Shown: piece by piece, positions 17,563-20,000 of the stretch
Position numbering within the stretch: position 1 is the first letter of the stretch
Layout: the number at the start of each line of letters is the position of its first letter
IMG/VR virus record: IMGVR_UViG_3300036045_000006
Direction: 5' to 3' (one strand)
Source of the DNA: an uncultured virus (IMG/VR IMGVR_UViG_3300036045_000006)
Taxonomy: Duplodnaviria > Heunggongvirae > Uroviricota > Caudoviricetes
DNA length: 20,000 bases
Notes under the pieces: model-generated
What the model saw: the letters and a program-made list of their open reading frames with translations, nothing else
Database searches by the model: none
What the model was told of the DNA's origin: nothing
Translations under genes and position numbers: made by a program

Positions 17563-18708
17563 AACGTCCTCCTTCGCCGGCACCAACTGAGTATTGGGGG
17601 ATGTTGACGTATTCAAGGTTTCCGCTGTGGGCACTGGCACAGAGGCCATGTCGGGCAGACCCAGCTGTTCGGCGTTGGCCAGATCGATCGTCCACAGGGT
17701 GTAGTCGATGATCTCGTTGCCTTCGTAAACCGGGTTTATCCCAAAAATCGAGGTACCCACCTTCGCGTTGGCTGCGTTGGCGGCTTCGAGGTGGATGCGC
17801 GCTTCGCGGGTGTAGGTGAAGCATTTGCCCCACGCCATCTGGGACGCTTCATCCCAGACCGCCGCCACCCAGCGGATCGCGGGGAGTTCATATTTACTCC
17901 CCATTTCGTAATCGGCCAGGTGACCCCAGCGGCCCTCTGGCCGGCGCTTGTTGACCTGGTTGACCAGGCTCATGACCGCTTCCTGGCTGTACTTGTGACC
18001 GTTGCGGCTGATGGTCGCTTTGCCGATCGGGCGCGTATCGAAGATCAGGTTTTCGCCGATCGCGCTGCGCAGCGCCTCCAGATTGAAGTCTTCAGGCAGC
18101 GGGATGTCCGGGACGGCATAGCCGCTGACCGCTTCAGCCAGCGTGTACATCAGCTTCGCGGGTGACTTGCCCGCGGCGATCGCTTCCTGTACCGGCACGC
18201 TTTCCAGCAGCGGCCAGGTCTGCACCGCGTCAAATGACCCCTCCGCGGTGAGCGTCACGGCCTTGGCCTCGACGCCAATGGGCGACATGACCTCAAACAG
18301 GTCCTGCCGACCGGGCGCATAGGCCAGGGTGATGTGCGGGCGGTAGGCCATCGGGTAGCTGCTCGCTCCAATGGTAAGGCCGCGCGCCACGGCTTCGTAG
18401 TACAGGCTGTACTGGAGATAAATCAGCGGCGGCACATACTGCATGAGCAGCACGACCGCGCTTTCATCATCGTGGTAGAAACTCGTGATGTACTGGCCAG
18501 ACGCGCCGAACAGCGCCACCCGATCGTTCGGCACGCGCATATCGGTCAGGTCCTGACCCTTGTCGTCTTCCAGGTACAGCAGGGTGATGTGAAACTCAGC
18601 AGGATCAACAAATCTCGTGCCTTCAGGCATGATCCGTCTGAGGAAATTCTGTGCCTCCACCAGCGCCGGGTGGTTTGGCAGCGGGATCGAGAAATATGCT
18701 TTCGGCAC
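17077..18708 (-). CDS. Fusion: 2H phosphoesterase + prohead protease + scaffold
   Basis: GCAGGAG RBS with GTG start. Two HxT motifs (FHITLLY, PHITLAY) in the first ~165 aa. The middle has SRNGHKYS, WGH, VGTSIFG and IDLA protease-type motifs. The C-terminus is coiled-coil. Confidence 0.8.
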   Translation of the reverse strand: MPKAYFSIPLPNHPALVEAQNFLRRIMPEGTRFVDPAEFHITLLYLEDDKGQDLTDMRVPNDRVALFGASGQYITSFYHDDESAVVLLMQYVPPLIYLQYSLYYEAVARGLTIGASSYPMAYRPHITLAYAPGRQDLFEVMSPIGVEAKAVTLTAEGSFDAVQTWPLLESVPVQEAIAAGKSPAKLMYTLAEAVSGYAVPDIPLPEDFNLEALRSAIGENLIFDTRPIGKATISRNGHKYSQEAVMSLVNQVNKRRPEGRWGHLADYEMGSKYELPAIRWVAAVWDEASQMAWGKCFTYTREARIHLEAANAANAKVGTSIFGINPVYEGNEIIDYTLWTIDLANAEQLGLPDMASVPVPTAETLNTSTSPNTQLVPAKEDVMPEIQEVQAERDRLSTLVESLERQLKEQRPLLEDLQKIATLLNVETDGAYKAVRSQHEQNADLRKENRELLDGFIRNQIADAVKLESQRPVIAMLVAAEKPATRAEATRAVEGVLDRPEIKALLAAAIASEMGPARTRPVVVAPTKVEADSPFIFPSEEKK

Positions 18709-18727
18709 GCTCCTGCCTCATCGAAAC

Positions 18728-18763
18728 AAAAAAAGCGCCCAGAGTTAGGCACTCTGGGCGCTC
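18728..18763 (-). terminator. Leader intrinsic terminator with tandem GAGNNCC motifs, upstream of the protease gene
   Basis: Minus strand G-AGCGCCCAGAGT-gccta-ACTCTGGGCGCT-TTTTTT (12-bp stem plus U-tract). Confidence 0.8.
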
Positions 18764-18779
18764 ATGTATTCAGCCATGC

Positions 18780-18809
18780 ATTGTAAGGCACGAACTTATG
18801 TTCTGTCAA
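18780..18809 (-). promoter_or_regulatory. Sigma70-type promoter with LexA-type box in the spacer
   Basis: Minus strand TTGACA-gaacataagttcgtgcct(18 nt)-TACAAT; box AGAAC-ATAA-GTTCG at 18804-18791. Confidence 0.8.
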
Positions 18810-18810
18810 T

Positions 18811-19017
18811 TCAGGGCCGATTTTCCCTTAATACTCCGGGATTATCCGGCCAGGTAAACAGCCTGCGGCAGTGCCGGTTCGGGCACTTGATTTCAAGTAC
18901 GCTGCCCGCGGCGGCTTTGCAGGCCATCTTGTGGCAGTACGGACAGCGCACCTCGATCAGTTCAGCCGTCGGCGGCTGGCGATCCTTGATCTTTTGCAGC
19001 GTCTCTTTCCAGGTCAT
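18811..19017 (-). CDS. Mu Com-like zinc-finger regulator (68 aa)
   Basis: EVRCPYCHKMACK...LEIKCPNRHCRRL matches the Com pattern (RCxxCxK...EIKCPxxC); ATGA overlap with the GT2 stop. Confidence 0.8.
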   Translation of the reverse strand: MTWKETLQKIKDRQPPTAELIEVRCPYCHKMACKAAAGSVLEIKCPNRHCRRLFTWPDNPGVLRENRP

Positions 19018-19691
19018 GACGCCCTCCACTTCTCAATAAATTTTGCGCGACTGGCATTGGCGATGTCGTGATTGACCGGGTGGGACGGGTGCACCAGGCC
19101 GATGTCGCCCGCCGCACGCAGACGGAAACCTGCCGCGCGGGCCTGATAACAAAAGTCCACGTCCTCCCAGTAGTTGGGATTGAACCGTTCGTCGAAGCGC
19201 AGGCCGGTGTTGAAGACGCGCCCGGCCACCGCCATCCAGCCGCCCGACACATAATCCGGTGTCTGCGCGCCCTGGATCGGCAGCGTATGGTAATCCCCGG
19301 TCACGTAACGGCCTTCAACACCGCAGATGTCTGTCAGCCCGCGCGCGATCGGCCCGGCCAGGCTGAACAGCCACGAGTGGCGAGCGACCCACAGGTCGTC
19401 ATCCAGGAAGACGATGATATGGTCGTCCTCCAACCCGCTGGCTTTGATCCTGTCGATCAGAAAGTTGCGTCCGCCGGCGCAGCCCAGATTTTTTTTGCTG
19501 TGATACCACTGGCAGCGCTGCATATAGCGGCCTTTATACGCCAGCTTATACTCCTGCTGAAGGACATGAATACTGGCCTTCGTCGTATTGCAGGCCGGTT
19601 CAATGGTGGACAGACAGCGCATGATCTCTATCGGACGGTTCATGGTGACAATCGCCACATGAATCACCGTTGGTTTAAGAAGTTCGTTCAA
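19014..19691 (-). CDS. Glycosyltransferase family 2 (GT-A fold)
   Basis: IVTMNR, NLGCAGGRN, VFLDDD (DxD), DYVSGGWM, FDERF...WEDVDFCYQARAAG. Confidence 0.9.
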   Translation of the reverse strand: MNELLKPTVIHVAIVTMNRPIEIMRCLSTIEPACNTTKASIHVLQQEYKLAYKGRYMQRCQWYHSKKNLGCAGGRNFLIDRIKASGLEDDHIIVFLDDDLWVARHSWLFSLAGPIARGLTDICGVEGRYVTGDYHTLPIQGAQTPDYVSGGWMAVAGRVFNTGLRFDERFNPNYWEDVDFCYQARAAGFRLRAAGDIGLVHPSHPVNHDIANASRAKFIEKWRAS

Positions 19692-20000
19692 GCGGCAAAA
19701 ACCCCTTCAAATTCGTTGGCGAATGCGGCCGAAAGTGTCGCGCCGAGCAGCCACGCGGCGAAGCGCGGCCCAGCCGCTGGGTTCAGGTGCGGCGTGTCGG
19801 GCATCAGGCCGGGGTCTTCCAGCATCAGGCGGATCTCCGCCGTGATCTGCGCCGGGTTATCGGCCATCGCCGACGCTGCGCCGCACAGACAGTGCGGATG
19901 CGCGGGCGGGATGCGCGCGCTGTCGTAAGGGTAGGGCTCCTTCAGCCGCTCCCGGCCCATGCCGAGCGTTGCCAGATCGTCGCACACATCGCGTTTCGGG
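19688..20000 (-). CDS. Minor head protein (MuF / SPP1 gp7-like), C-terminal part; 5' end lies outside the window
   Basis: DVCDDLA...PYP....PPAHPHCLC motif typical of phage head morphogenesis proteins. Confidence 0.75.
   Translation of the reverse strand, partial: PKRDVCDDLATLGMGRERLKEPYPYDSARIPPAHPHCLCGAASAMADNPAQITAEIRLMLEDPGLMPDTPHLNPAAGPRFAAWLLGATLSAAFANEFEGVFAA

Noticed and set aside
18811..19017. Classical Mu com-mom DNA modification operon
   Set aside because: No mom or methyltransferase follows; the downstream gene is the head protease fusion.
1..20000. CRISPR arrays, tRNA/rRNA genes, integrase or transposase
   Set aside because: None detected by inspection. The many other antisense ORFs in the track overlap well-supported genes and were dismissed.

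Overview
A ~60% GC segment of a siphovirus-type phage or prophage. The host is possibly Chloroflexota/Anaerolineae; this is inferred from GAAC-N4-GTTC boxes and protein style and is not proven. Positions 15-2141 (+) hold small accessory ORFs ending at a bidirectional terminator. Positions 2188-20000 (-) form the virion operon, in this order: MuF-like minor head protein (partial), GT2 glycosyltransferase, Mu Com-like zinc finger, a 2H-phosphoesterase/prohead-protease/scaffold fusion, decoration protein, major capsid, GT4 glycosyltransferase, head-tail connectors, tail tube, tail chaperones with a probable +1 frameshift, tape measure, Dit, fibre, hub, and a membrane-protein cluster in the lysis position with no recognisable endolysin. 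The most interesting observations are three. (1) A repeated regulatory unit: three internal sigma70-type promoters each carry a LexA-type GAAC-N4-GTTC box (one copy with a mismatch). Two of them are followed immediately by near-identical leader terminators with a compensatory base-pair change. One leader carries tandem GAGNNCC Com-type motifs right behind the com-like gene, suggesting SOS control plus Com-mediated antitermination. (2) An Acb1-like 2H phosphoesterase fused to the prohead protease. (3) Two glycosyltransferases embedded in the head module. All functional calls come from motif recognition and synteny; no database searches were run.
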